Of a stretch of 64,000 nucleotides of DNA, positions 36,620 to 48,108 are shown one piece after another. Below the pieces are notes generated by a model. That model was given only the letters and a program-made list of their open reading frames with translations, made no database searches and was not told the DNA's origin. Position 1 is the stretch's first letter. Each line of letters starts with the position of its first letter. Source of the stretch: Mobula hypostoma (Eukaryota); the NCBI RefSeq assembly GCF_963921235.1, contig NC_086097.1, forward strand, positions 210,926,001 through 210,990,000. The letters are read 5' to 3'. The translations under genes and the position numbers were made by a program.

Positions 36620-37071
36620 ACAGAGTGAATATATTATGATCATTGCTTCCTAAGGGTTCCTTTATCTTAAGCTCCCTAATCAAATCTGGTTCATCAATAT
36701 ACAGTATCCAATCCAGAACTGCAGTTTTCTCTCATGGGCTCAGCCACTAGATGCTTTGAAAAGCCATCTCATAGGTATTCTAAAAATTCCCTCACTTGGG
36801 ATCCAGCGTCAACATGATTTTCCTAATGTATCTGCATATTGAAATCCCCCATGACTATTGTAACATTTCCCTTTTTCATGACTTTTCTCTCTCCCTTTTT
36901 AATTTGTACCCAACATTCTGGTTACTGTTCAGAGATCTGTATATAACTCCCATCAGGGTCTTTTTACCACTGCAGTTTCTTAACTCTAGTTAGTGATTTG
37001 TTGGCATGCTATGTTGGCATCGGAAGCACGCCACCATTTGTAGGCTGCCTAGCACAATCCTCGACTGTGTT

Positions 37072-37511
37072 CTTGAGTGGCCCAGTCAGAATCCTGACTT
37101 AACCTAAACAAACTTCCCTGGCAGGACCTCAAGATTGCTGTCCACCACTGCTCCCAACTAACCTGGCACTGCTTGAGCAATTTTGCAAGGAAGAATGTGT
37201 AAATTTCACTCCATAACGTTGTGCAAAGCTAATACAGACTTATCCAAAAAGACTACCGACTGTAATAACTGAGAGGGGTGGTTCAACTAAGAACTGAGTG
37301 AAGGGGTATGAATACTTTAGAACTGCTGACAGTTCTGTTTTTGATTTTTTTGTTTTTCATGCTTCACAATTTCCCATGTATTTTAAACTCTACTCTGAAA
37401 AAAGGAGCATGTGATTCTCAAATAAAAATTTTCAGCTAATTGATCAAGATCCCTGGTAATACTTATTTATATGAACAAAGGGTTGAGGGCTGAATACCTT
37501 CAGAAGGCACC
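37072..37511 (+). mobile_element. Tc1/mariner DNA transposon, 3' remnant
   Basis: Peptides LEWPSQNPDL, QDLKIAVH, LEQFCKEE and CAKLIQTYPKRL...GGSTKN* match the Tc1 transposase C-terminus. An IR/DR-like end follows with two gaatac-containing direct repeats. Confidence 0.85.
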
Positions 37512-39167
37512 TTTTTTTTTATCTTTAAATGTTTAATAACAAATAGTCACTGAAAATGTTCCAGAGTATTTCAAGTACTGAAATATTGAAGTGCATGAGT
37601 TTGTTTAGTGGAATATCACTTCAAAATTGATTTTATTACGTTGTAAATGATATGCCCTGCAGAGCCATGATCTTATAAGCCATCAACATGAGCATTTCAA
37701 ACACATGCAGAATAATACATTCATTTTCCAATTGTCAATTCAAACCAAGCATGGGTGATGAATAAGTCCTTGTCATGTCTTTATTGGATGACAATATAAT
37801 ATAGCAGTGCCTGTTCCTAGATCAAGCATAATTCCATGAGGTCTCTGAAGAGAAAGAGTGCCAGTTATGACTTAAGAAGGATTCTGCTGGATTTAGCTTT
37901 CCCAAAGCACTCCTTGCCAATCATCCTTTACTAGAGCTTTACAGCTCTGTCTCAGGAATTTGTTATGTAGTTCTTAAAGGATGGTGGTTAAAATTCCATC
38001 TGTGCTTTAGTTCCCATTTTATTGTTTGTTTATATTTGTTTATATGTTTTTGGGCTTATAGCAACAAAGGACCTATCTTTACAGGAAACTAACAGGAATC
38101 TAACAACCTAAATGTATTGTGGAATAAAAATACTTTATTCTAAATGATGTTTTTGGAGTTGTGGGGCTCAGAAAATTTGCATTTGTTGCAACATCAGCTA
38201 TGACCCAAGGCATAGTGCACATTTATACTAACTCTCAGAAAACAGTTTTCCTAAAATCACCAAAGTCTCCACAATTTAATAAGAATACAAAGCAAAGTGT
38301 GCATTTTAGATTGAAATGAGCTGTGCACAGAGAATATACAAATACGGTCTGCCATAACTTACATTATAAACTGAAAATACAAAATATAGATGTCCAATTT
38401 AGATAATTCATTGAAGTTTTGAAATCTTGAAGGCAGGAATGCATAGTACATTATGCAAACTTTATTTTACTTGTGGTAACATGACCATGTTATGACTTTT
38501 ATTACTGATGAATCACTAGAATAGCTGTCAGCTACTAATTCTCCAGGCAAACTTATAGAACAGAACTCCATGATGTTGTAGAGGTTATTTTTCACAATAT
38601 GTCTATTTTTCATTTATTGCCATCAAGAGTTCAATGCACAGGGTTTCATGTGATGATATACTGAGTAAGAAACATACTCCTCACCTTATTTTTAAATTCA
38701 ATAGGTTTCAATATAGTCCATAAGGATCATGTCATATGATTAACCTATATTATGATTTCAGTGGAGGGAGTAGAACAACTTTGTATAGCCACTCATTATA
38801 ATTAATTCAGCATCCATTCAACTGGACTGCTAATTGGCTCAACTCTCTTGTAGGAGTTGGCCATCCTTAATTAAATTCAGACTGTACTGCCTATAGATGT
38901 TAAATAAATGAGTGGTGTGGTCAGAAACGTATAGACAATTGCGCAAGAAGTGAATGTGATCTGGGAAAAAGTAAAGAATGGCACAACACTGGAAAAGAAA
39001 GGGCTCCAAAAATTACTTACACTGAAACTGAGTCCTTAATAGTGATGGGAGAAATTGGAAAAAGTACCTTCTATCCTCAGGAGGCTGCCAGAACTCCTCA
39101 GAATGTTCTTAAAAGGCAAGAGAAGCAGATCGACATGGATGTCAATGCCAGGAATTAAGAATCAATT

Positions 39168-39388
39168 CACAAACAAGAGAAAATCTGCAGATGCTGGAAA
39201 TGCAAGGAACATACACAAAATGCTGGAGGACTTCAGCAGGCCAGGCAGCATCTATGGAAAAAAGTACAGTTGACATTTCAGGCCGAAACCCTTCGGCAGG
39301 ACCAAAGTGTTTTGGCCCGAAACATTTACTGTAATTTTCCATAGATACTGCCTGGCCTGCTAAGTTCTTCCAGCAGTTTGTGTGTGTA
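39168..39388. mobile_element. Fold-back Penelope-derived element with two opposed hammerhead-like cores
   Basis: Arms acacaaaatgctggagga...ggcagcatctatggaaa and tttccatagatactgcc...cagcagtttgtgt. Minus-strand core CTGCCGA-agggtttcggcct-GAAA. Degenerate flanking repeat aattaagaatcaat/aattatggatcaat. Confidence 0.8.
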
Positions 39389-39814
39389 ATTATGGATCAA
39401 TGCCCCACATGTAGGTGTGCAAAAGTTTAAGAACATCTCAGAAATCAGAGATAATTATGCAGCTTCAAATATATAAGATTGGAATCCTCCCAGTATTTCT
39501 GTTCCTTTGTGATTTAGAACAGGGCAAGCAAAACCAATTAATCGTATTTGAGCTGTGCGTGAAAACATTTGCAAATACTAGCATAACTCTTATCATATTA
39601 AGTTATATTTCTTTCAGCTTTCAACTTTCCACTCTCAGGTTCCCAAATCCATCAGTGCTTGCAATCTGTGACCATTCCTTGGATTGTCAGCTTGGACCAA
39701 ACACATTGACTTGGTCAACTTCTCTGGGTGCAGTTCAACCGAATCAAGCAATTCCTTTTCTGCAGAGCTGATACTCATTCCTACTACCTTTTATCCTCAT
39801 TCAGCAATGGTTTG

Positions 39815-41002
39815 ACTGAATCAGTAGATGCTGCACACTTGAATTTTCAGGCCTTTAACAAGGTGCCAGACATGAGGCTGCTTAACAAGTTAAAGAGCCC
39901 TGGTATTTTAGGAAAGATACCAGCATAAAGGAAATAAAGGGAGCCTTTTCTGGTTGGTTGCTGGTGACTAGTGGAGTTACAGAGGAGTTTGTGTGTTGAG
40001 ATTGTTTCTTTTTACATTATGTCAGTGATACAGATAATGGAATTGATTGCTTTGTGGCAATGTTTTTGGATGATACAAAGACAGGTGGAGGAGGGGGTAA
40101 TGTTAAAGGAAGCAGAGATGCTACAGAAGGACGGATGGATTAAAAGAATGTACAAAGAACAGAGAGGTGGAATATCGTGTTGGGAGGTGTATGGTCATGC
40201 ACTTTGGTAGAAGAAATAAAAGCATAGAATATCTTCTAAATGGAGAGAAAATTCAAAAATCTGAGATGCAAAGGGACTTGAAGTCCTTGTGCAGGATTCC
40301 CTAAAAGTCAATTTTCAGGTTGAGTTGGTGGGGTAGAGGACAAATGCGACATTAGCATTCATTTCAAGAGGACTAGAATCTAAAAACAAGGATGCAATGT
40401 TAAGGCTTTATAAGGCACTGGTGAGGCCTCAGTTGGAGTATTGTAGCAGTTTTACGCCCCCTATCTAAGAAAGGATGTGCTGACATTGGAGAGGATTCAA
40501 AGGAGATCCACAAAAATGATTCCACGATTGAAATTCTTAACACATGAGGAGCTTTTGATGGCTCTGGCCAGTACTCACTAGAATTCAGAAGAATAAGGGG
40601 GGATCTCTTTGAAACCCTTCAAATGTTGAAGGGTCTTGACAGAGTAGATGTGGAGAGGATGGTTCCTATGGTGGGGGAGTCTAAGACCAGAGGACACAAC
40701 CTCAGAATAGAGTGGCACTGATTTAGAACAGAGATGAGGAGGAATTTCTATAACCAGAGAATGGTGAACTTGGGGAACTCGTTGCCACAGGTAGCTGTGG
40801 AGGCCAAATCATTTGGTATATTTAAAGCAGAGGTTGATAGATTCTTGATTAGTCAGGGCATGAGGGGAAATGGGGAGAAGGCAAGAGTTTGGGGCTGAGA
40901 TGGATCATATGGAGAAACTGGATCATCCATGATGAAATGACAGAGCAGACTCAATAGGCCAAATGGCCTAGTTCTGGTCCTGTATCTTATGGACTTTATG
41001 GT
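39815..41002 (+). mobile_element. CR1 RT/3' fragment, heavily degenerate
   Basis: Peptide LNFQAFNKVPDMRLLNKLK, CR1 3' motifs and a cttatggactttatgg tail. Confidence 0.8.
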
Positions 41003-42014
41003 TTTGCATCTAATTGTGTCCCAAAAGAGAGTAAATTGTGTCATTGTGTGTCATACAACCATGGTGTGATCCACGGCGTGAACAAAGCCTGACTGTTTGC
41101 CCAAGCTGTTCTCTCTTCACCGACTGGCCATCTTCTTCATCGCTGTCTTGCCACATCGGTTTGGATTTCTGGGGTCTAGTGTGAACAATGAACCTTTAAA
41201 AAGTTCACCTTAACCAGGTTTATCCAGCGGTTGTTTTTTGGGAGAGTTCTGTATTTAGTAGCAAGGGTTCAGGAGGACACTTCACAAATGTTGTATCCTA
41301 GACAATGCTAAATTTATCACAGTGATCACCATCACTACCCACACCAACTCCCAGCTCCTCAACCACTACTATTACTCACCTACTCAGAATCTCCTGCAAT
41401 CAAAACTTATGCCCAACATTAATTTGGTCAACCTCATCCTCATGTAGATGCCACTAAAGCTCAGGCTCATATCTCAAACTCTCCCAAATTGGTAGCAATC
41501 ATAGCAGAAAACAGTGTGAGATAAGAAAATGATGAAAAGATAAAAATGTCATAATCTGCAATTGTTTCAGCTTCATCTTCTGTCACAGCCTCAGAAACCA
41601 CCTTCCTGATAATAAGGAGCAGAATTTCCCTTTTGGAGATTATCACATGCTTAGTTCAGTTGATGTCTCCTTCCTGTTTGGTTGTTTCTCCTCCATTAAA
41701 GATTGTATGTCACACAATGACATAATTTACTCTCTTTTGAGATACAATCAGATGCAAAAAGTAATTATGAAATTATTGAAGTTAACAAAATCTTCATGCC
41801 TTTTCTTCTTTTTTTATATCTCACCCACCTCTTAATTTAGACTCTGACATAATGTAAGCTGATGATGTAATTACACAGCTCTTAATTCCCTTGTAAACCG
41901 TTCACCTCACACTAATCTTATTCCAATGCATTCTCATTTCAGACACCAAAAAAACTACAAATTGACCAGGGAAAGAACAGCAAAAAGACAGTCATGTTGT
42001 ATAAAGCACAAACC

Positions 42015-42290
42015 ACAGTAGCAGAGTGGTTAGCAGGACATCGGAGTTTGGAGTTCAATTCCAGCGTCCTCTGTAAGGAAGTTTGCACATTCTCCCTGTG
42101 ATCATATGGGCTTCATCTGGGTGCTCCGGTCTCCTTCCACAGTCCAAAATCATACCTGTTAGTAGATTAATTGGTCATTGTAAATTATCCTGTGATTAAG
42201 CGAGGGTTAAGTAGGTCGGTTGCTATGCAGCACGGTTTGTTGGGCAAGAAGGACCTGTTCCACATTATATCCCTAAATAAAAAATAAAGT
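42015..42290 (+). mobile_element. tRNA-derived V-SINE
   Basis: A-box-like tagcagagtggttagc, B-box-like gagttcaattcc, V-domain gtttgcacattctccctgtg...gggtgctccggt and an A-rich tail. Confidence 0.75.
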
Positions 42291-42697
42291 TGTTGTAACT
42301 ACGGCCAATACAGAGACATCATTTGTTTTGTGGAAGTGAGTAATGCATAAGGAGTATAGTCTTTCAATAACTGAGAAGATAGTGAGGAGGTATAAAAACC
42401 TGCTTCAGCCCCGGTGATGATGGTCCCACAATGGCTGGATACACTGCACCACAATCTGACAACCATGCTGGTTTCTGTGGACTCAGTTTCCAAAACACTG
42501 CTGTCCTCATCAACACGGCCCTTCTGCGGGGTGCCCGGGCTGCAAAAGGAGCAAATTACACCATTCAGCTTGTCAAGTCTGCTCCACCATTTCATCATGG
42601 CTGATTTATTATCCCTTCTCAACCCCATTCTCTTGTTTCTAAGACCAGAAGATATCTCAATCAGAAGATCTTTTCACTATTTGCAATTGTCTCTGAT

Positions 42698-45271
42698 AAC
42701 AGTAGTAGTGAGGTCGGGGATGGTATTAAACAGGAAATTAGAAATGTGTGCAATAAATGAACAGCAGTTATAATGGGTGACTTCAATCTACATGTAGATT
42801 GGGTGAACCAAATTGGTAAAGGTGCTGAGGAAGAGGATTTCTTGGAATGTATGCGGGATGGTTTTTTGAACCAACATGTCGAGAAACCAACTAGAGAGCA
42901 GGCTATTCTAGACTGGGTTTTGAACAATGAGGAAGGGTTAATTAACAATCTTGTCATGAGAGGCCCCTTGGGTAAGGGTGACCATAATATGGTGGAATTC
43001 TTCATTAAGATGGAGAGTGACATAGTTAATTCAGAAACAAAGGTTCTGGACTTAAAGAAGGGGTAACTTTGAAGGTATGAGTCGTGAATTAGCTAAGATA
43101 GACTGGCAAATGACACTTAAAGGATTGACGGTGGATATGCAATGGCAAGCATTTAAAGATTGCATGGATGAACTACAACAATTGTTCATCCCAGTTTGGC
43201 AAAAGAATAAATCAAGGAAGGTAGTGCACCCATGGCTGACAAGAGAAATTAGGGATAGTATCAATTCTAAAGAAGAAGCATACAAATTAGCCAGAAAAAG
43301 TGGCTCACCTGAGGACTGGGAGAAATTCAGAGTTCAGCAGTGGAGGAAAAAGGGCTTAATTAGGAAGGGGAAAAAAGATTATGAGAGAAAACTGGCAGGG
43401 AACATAAAAACTGACTGTTAAAGCTTTTATAGATATGTAAAAAGGAAAAGACTGGTAAAAACAAATGTAGGTCCCCTGCAGACAGAAACAGGTGAATTGA
43501 TTATGGGGAGCAAGGACATGGCAGACCAATTGAATAATTACTTTGGTTCTGTCTTCACTAAGGAGGACATAAATAATCTTCCAGAAATAGTAGGGGACAG
43601 AGGGTCCAGTGAGATGGAGGAACTGAGCGAAATACATGTTAGTAGGAAAGTGGTGTTAGGTAAATTGAAGGGATTAAAGGCAGATAAATTCCCAGGGCCA
43701 GATGGTCTGCATCCCAGAGTGCTTAAGGAAGTAGCCCAAGAAATAGTGGATGCATTAGTGATAATTTTTCAAAACTCGTTAGATTCTGGACTAGTTCCTG
43801 AGGATTGGAGGGTGGCTAATGTAACCCCACTTTTTAAAAAAGGAGGGAGAGAGAAACCGGGGAATTATAGACCGGTTAGCCTAACGTCGGTGGTGGGGAA
43901 ACTGCTGGAGTCAGTTATCAAAGATGTGATAACAGCACATTTGGAAAGCGGTGAAATGATCGGACAAAGTCAGCATGGATTTGTGAAAGGAAAATCATGT
44001 CTGACAAATCTCATAGAATTTTTTGAGGATGTAACTAGTAGAGTGGATAGGGGAGAACCAGTGGATGTGGTATATTTGGATTTTCAAAAGGCTTTTGACA
44101 AGGTCCCACACAGGAGATTAGTGTGCAAACTTAAAGCACACGGTATTGGGGGTAAGGTATTGATGTGGATAGAGAATTGGTTAGCAGACAGGAAGCAAAG
44201 AGTGGGAATAAATGGGACCTTTAAAGAATAGCAGGCAGTGACTAGTGGGGTATCGCAAGGCTCAGTGCTGGGACCCCAGTTGTTTACAATATATATTAAT
44301 GACTTGGATGAGGGAATTAAATGCAGCATCTCCAAGTTTGCGGATGACACGAAGCTGGGCGGCAGTGTTAGCTGTGAGGAGGATGCTAAGAGGATGCAAG
44401 GTGACTTGGATAGGTTGGGTGAGTGGGCAAATTCATGGCAGATGCAATTTAATGTGGATAAATGTGAAGTTATCCACTTTGGGCAAAAATAGGAAAACAG
44501 ATTATTATCTGAATGGTGGCCGATTAGGAAAAGGGGAGGTGCAACGAGACCTGGGTGTCATTATACACCAGTCATTGAAAGTGGGAATACAGGTACAGCA
44601 GGCGGTGAAAAAGGCGAATGGTATGCTGGTATTTATAGTGAGAGGATTCGAGTACAGGAGCAGGGAGGTACTACTGCAGTTGTACAAGGCCTTGGTGAGA
44701 CCACACTTGGAGTATTGTATGAGTTTTGGTCCCCTAATCTGAGGAAAGACATCCTTGCCATAGAGGGAGTACAAAGAAGGTTCACCAGATTGATTCCTGG
44801 GATGGCAGGACTTTCATATGAAGAAAGACTGGATGAACTAGGCTTGTACTCGTTGGAATTTAGAAGATTGAGGGGGGATCTGATTGAAACGTATAAAATC
44901 CTAAAGGGATTGGACAGGCTAGATTCAGGAAGATTGTTCCCGATGTTGGGGAAGTCCAAAACGAGGGGTCACAGTTTGAGGATAAAGGGGAAGCCTTTTA
45001 GGACTGAGATTAGGAAAAACTTCTTCACACAGAGAGTGGTGAATCTGTGGAATTCTCTGCCACAGGAAACAGTTGAGGCCGGTTCATTGGCTATATTTAA
45101 GAGGGAGTTAGATATGGCCCTTGTGGCTACGGGGATCAGCGGGTATGGAGGGAAGGCTGGTGCAGGGTTCTGAGTTGGATGATCAGCCATGATCATAATA
45201 AATGGCGGTGCAGGCTCGAAGGGCCGAATGGCCTACTCCTGCACCTATTTTCTATGTTTCTATGTTTCTAT
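42698..45271 (+). mobile_element. Young CR1 LINE (family B) copy 3, about 2.6 kb, with frameshifts and stops
   Basis: ORFs 42773..43066 (GDFN, end of APE), 43077..43421, 43497..44231, 44238..44492 and 44715..45173 nearly match ORF 2315..4087 where they overlap. (TTTCTATG)n tail. Short duplication ataa at 42696-42699 and 45270-45273. Confidence 0.95.
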
Positions 45272-45473
45272 AATCAGAGGCTTGAAATAGTGAAAATATA
45301 GAAATTAAAAATTACTTGTAAAAATTGAAAAATTATATATTTATTTTAAACACTGTACAAATTAACAAATTTATTTTCAAAATCTGTTATGATAACTTCT
45401 GAGCTACGAATTGCTTGCTGTTCCTATAAACAATTCTTTAATCCTTATTTTACTGGTCAGTATCAGTGTTCTT

Positions 45474-45666
45474 TGTTGTTGTTGTTCAGTTGTAAAGTCG
45501 AGTCCAACCCTTCTATAGGGTTTTCATGGCAAGATACAGAAGCAGATTGCCGGGCCTTTCTTCCGCGCAGATACTGCTGCTGCCCAGGTTGAGAACCGGC
45601 TGGGTTTGAACTCAGGACCATGTGCTTTGAAGTCCAGTGCTGATGCCACTATACCACCAGCCAGCC
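45474..45666 (-). mobile_element. tRNA-head SINE with an RTE/BovB-like 3' tail
   Basis: Minus strand: A-box-like tggtatagtgg, B-box-like gagttcaaacc, then cttgccatgaaaaccctat...gactcgact...ctgaacaac and a (CAA)n tail. Confidence 0.7.
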
Positions 45667-45752
45667 CAAAGAAACTTTAACGCAAGTTTTCTTTTTAATT
45701 ACTGTAATTACTTATTTATTAATTATTTTAAATAACTTGGAATGAAACTCAC

Positions 45753-45983
45753 AGACCTTTGAGGGTTTGAAAAGCCAGGGGTGGATCTTGACTGCCTTTC
45801 ATAGGTTTTGGGAGTGGGGCTTCTTCAGGACTCCGTTTGATGGACTGCTGTTGTTCTAGACTAACCAGCAGAGTACAGGACACTTTGGGCCAGGAAGACA
45901 GAACCTGCATATGCAGACAGGGTAAAGTTGGCTGCAGGATGACCACGGGCAGCAGACATGGCAGCATGATCTGGCCCAGCAAC
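45753..45983 (-). CDS. Internal coding exon candidate of an unidentified host gene (231 bp, frame-preserving)
   Basis: Acceptor tttttcattttttag|GTTG and donor GGTCT|gtgagt. Length is divisible by 3 and exactly one frame is open: LLGQIMLPCLLPVVILQPTLPCLHMQVLSSWPKVSCTLLVSLEQQQSIKRSPEEAPLPKPMKGSQDPPLAFQTLKG. GC-richer than its flanks and not repeat-like. Confidence 0.6.
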
Positions 45984-47061
45984 CTAAAAAATGAAAAACT
46001 AGTTTTTGTTTTACTAATTCCCAGATATTCAGTTGGGTGATGAATTTGCATAGGAAGCTTATTAGTTGGTAGGAACTCAGCTTATTCTGTATGAGTGTCT
46101 TTCATTTTAGTCAGTCATAGACAGGATAGTATTGTATTCATTTCCATCCAGGAATTTATCAATATGAAAACAATCTCTTGCTACAAATTATCTCTATTAC
46201 CAGGCATAGATCTGCTCTTGTATGGATAGTTTATTTTATTTTCAACGTTTTATCTGCAAACTTGCTTGTGTCATTCATCTCCCTCAGAAAGTCTCTGTTC
46301 TCAATATCCAGAGATAAATCAAGTATTTAGAACTTAAAATTTGTTATAGTCTATGAATCTGACTAAATAATTACATTGTAAATGTTACCTCAAAAATAGT
46401 AAGTGCTGAAAGAAAGTTTGGCATAAGATATGAACATTTTTCTATTAAATAACAATATAAATGTAATTCTAGCAGCACATGCATTGTCTTAACTTCATTT
46501 GGATAGCTGAGCTATATTCCTTTTATTCCATTACTTAAAATTAGAGTATTTGTGAAAAAAAAAATCCTGATGTTTTCTCTAAAAGCATTTGAGATGTAGT
46601 GTGTGCTGTAGGGTGCTATCCTGAGAGCTAAGCTTACATTTTAACTGGCAGTGCTGTAAAATGGAAAAAATGTCACTTAAGGGCAGTGAATGAAATGATG
46701 AAATGTGCAATTCTAAATTAACGAAAGCTACCCTCCGATTTCATTGATATTTCCTAAGAACTTTAACTCAAATTGAACACTTTAATTGTTTACCTATTAA
46801 ATGCAATGGACTGCTTCAAGCAGTAGCTGGCTTGCAAAATAATTGGCAAATACAACAACTGAGAATCACTCATTGCAAAGAACAAAAGCTAATCATCTGC
46901 TTTAAGTCTACAGAGTGATTTTCAAAGTTTATTTTGTGTGATCAGATTCATAAAGAATGTTGACTCAACCCTTAGATTCTAAAACTTGGGGATGTTATCT
47001 CACAATGAATTTATTACCAAGAAGGTAAGTTTGTAAAATTATGGAATTAATTACCTTAGCA

Positions 47062-47460
47062 AAGTTTAAAGTTCAAAGTAAATTTATTATCAAATACTTG
47101 TCACCACATACTACCTTGAGATTTATTTTCTTGCAGGCACTTACAGGAATATAAGAAATAAAATAGAACTTATGAAAAACTATACATAACAAATATTGAC
47201 AAACAACTAATGTACATAAAACAAATCATGCAAATAATTAAAAACAGTTAATATACAATACTGAGAACATTAGTTGCTGAGTTCTTGGAAATTAGTTTAT
47301 AGGTTGTGAAGTCAGTTCAGCATTCAGGTGAGGTTCAGGCAACCACACTGATTCAGCAGCCTGATACTTGTAAGGTAACACACACAAAATACTGGAGGAT
47401 ATCAGCAGGCCAGGCAACATCTATGAGCTGGAGTAATAACTGCTCCTGTGAATCAGTGAA
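47062..47460 (-). mobile_element. Rex1/Babar 3' UTR fragment containing a short piece of the Penelope-derived unit
   Basis: aagttcaaagtaaatttattatcaaa tail as at 19054. acacaaaatactggagga...caggccaggcaacatctatg at about 47380-47425. Confidence 0.6.
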
Positions 47461-47524
47461 TGCTGAATTATTCACTGTATCCAATGCTGATATACAGTAG
47501 ATAAACTATAGTGGACAGAGGATA

Positions 47525-47830
47525 TATGGATCAGGAGGCAAAATTGCACTGTAGATGAACTAATACTGAGGCTTTGGGCCTACTCTGGGCTGCTCTGGGG
47601 ATTCAGATCCAAGGATTCAATTTGGTTCGGAATGCTGTTACTCACTTCTATTGTTTGAATGATTTGTGTTTCTTTTTCTTTTTCTCTTTCTCGGTGCATT
47701 TGGTGCTAGTCCTTATTTTTTTAATTGGGTCCTTTTGGGTTTCTTGCTTCATGGCTGCCTGTAAGCAGACAGATCTCAAGGTTGTGTAATTTATATATTC
47801 TTTGATAATAAATATACTTTGGATCGCTGA
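47525..47830 (+). mobile_element. Element with a Rex1-type 3' tail
   Basis: Tail gctgcctgtaagcagacagatctcaaggttgt...tttgataataaatatacttt, as in 29160-29682. Confidence 0.5.
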
Positions 47831-48108
47831 AATGGACTTGAATAACAGAATCAGCCAAAAAATGTATGTGATCTTATGTTCTTATCCTGACCTATCTTTT
47901 AGAAAAGAATAATGAAAAATGCGGTGGCTGATTTCAGTCCATAATTACATTCAAAATGTTCATAGATACCAGAAACATCCTCCCCGAATTAATAATCTGT
48001 ACATTCCTACCATAAACCCACAATCTCTTTTTATATCCTGGCATAACTTTCCTAACATCTTCCTCCATAACCTGGGTTTTAAAGGAATGATGCAACTTTT
48101 AACAGTAA

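Larger units (their letters stand above)
34260..36988 (-). mobile_element. CR1 LINE, degenerate with internal deletions, hosting a CR1 fragment and a SINE
   Basis: ORFs 35189..35476 (VYLGFQKALDKVPH), 35486..35746 (SPGSDGLHPR) and 35946..36206. cataagacatagg tail on the + strand. Confidence 0.85.
34115..37070 (+). mobile_element. tRNA-derived V-SINE split by a CR1 (34115-34259 and about 36990-37070)
   Basis: A-box-like tagtggttagcg, B-box-like ggttcaattcc and V-domain gctccggtttcctccca. The body resumes as ttagtgatttgttggcatgctatgttggc after the CR1. Confidence 0.65.
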
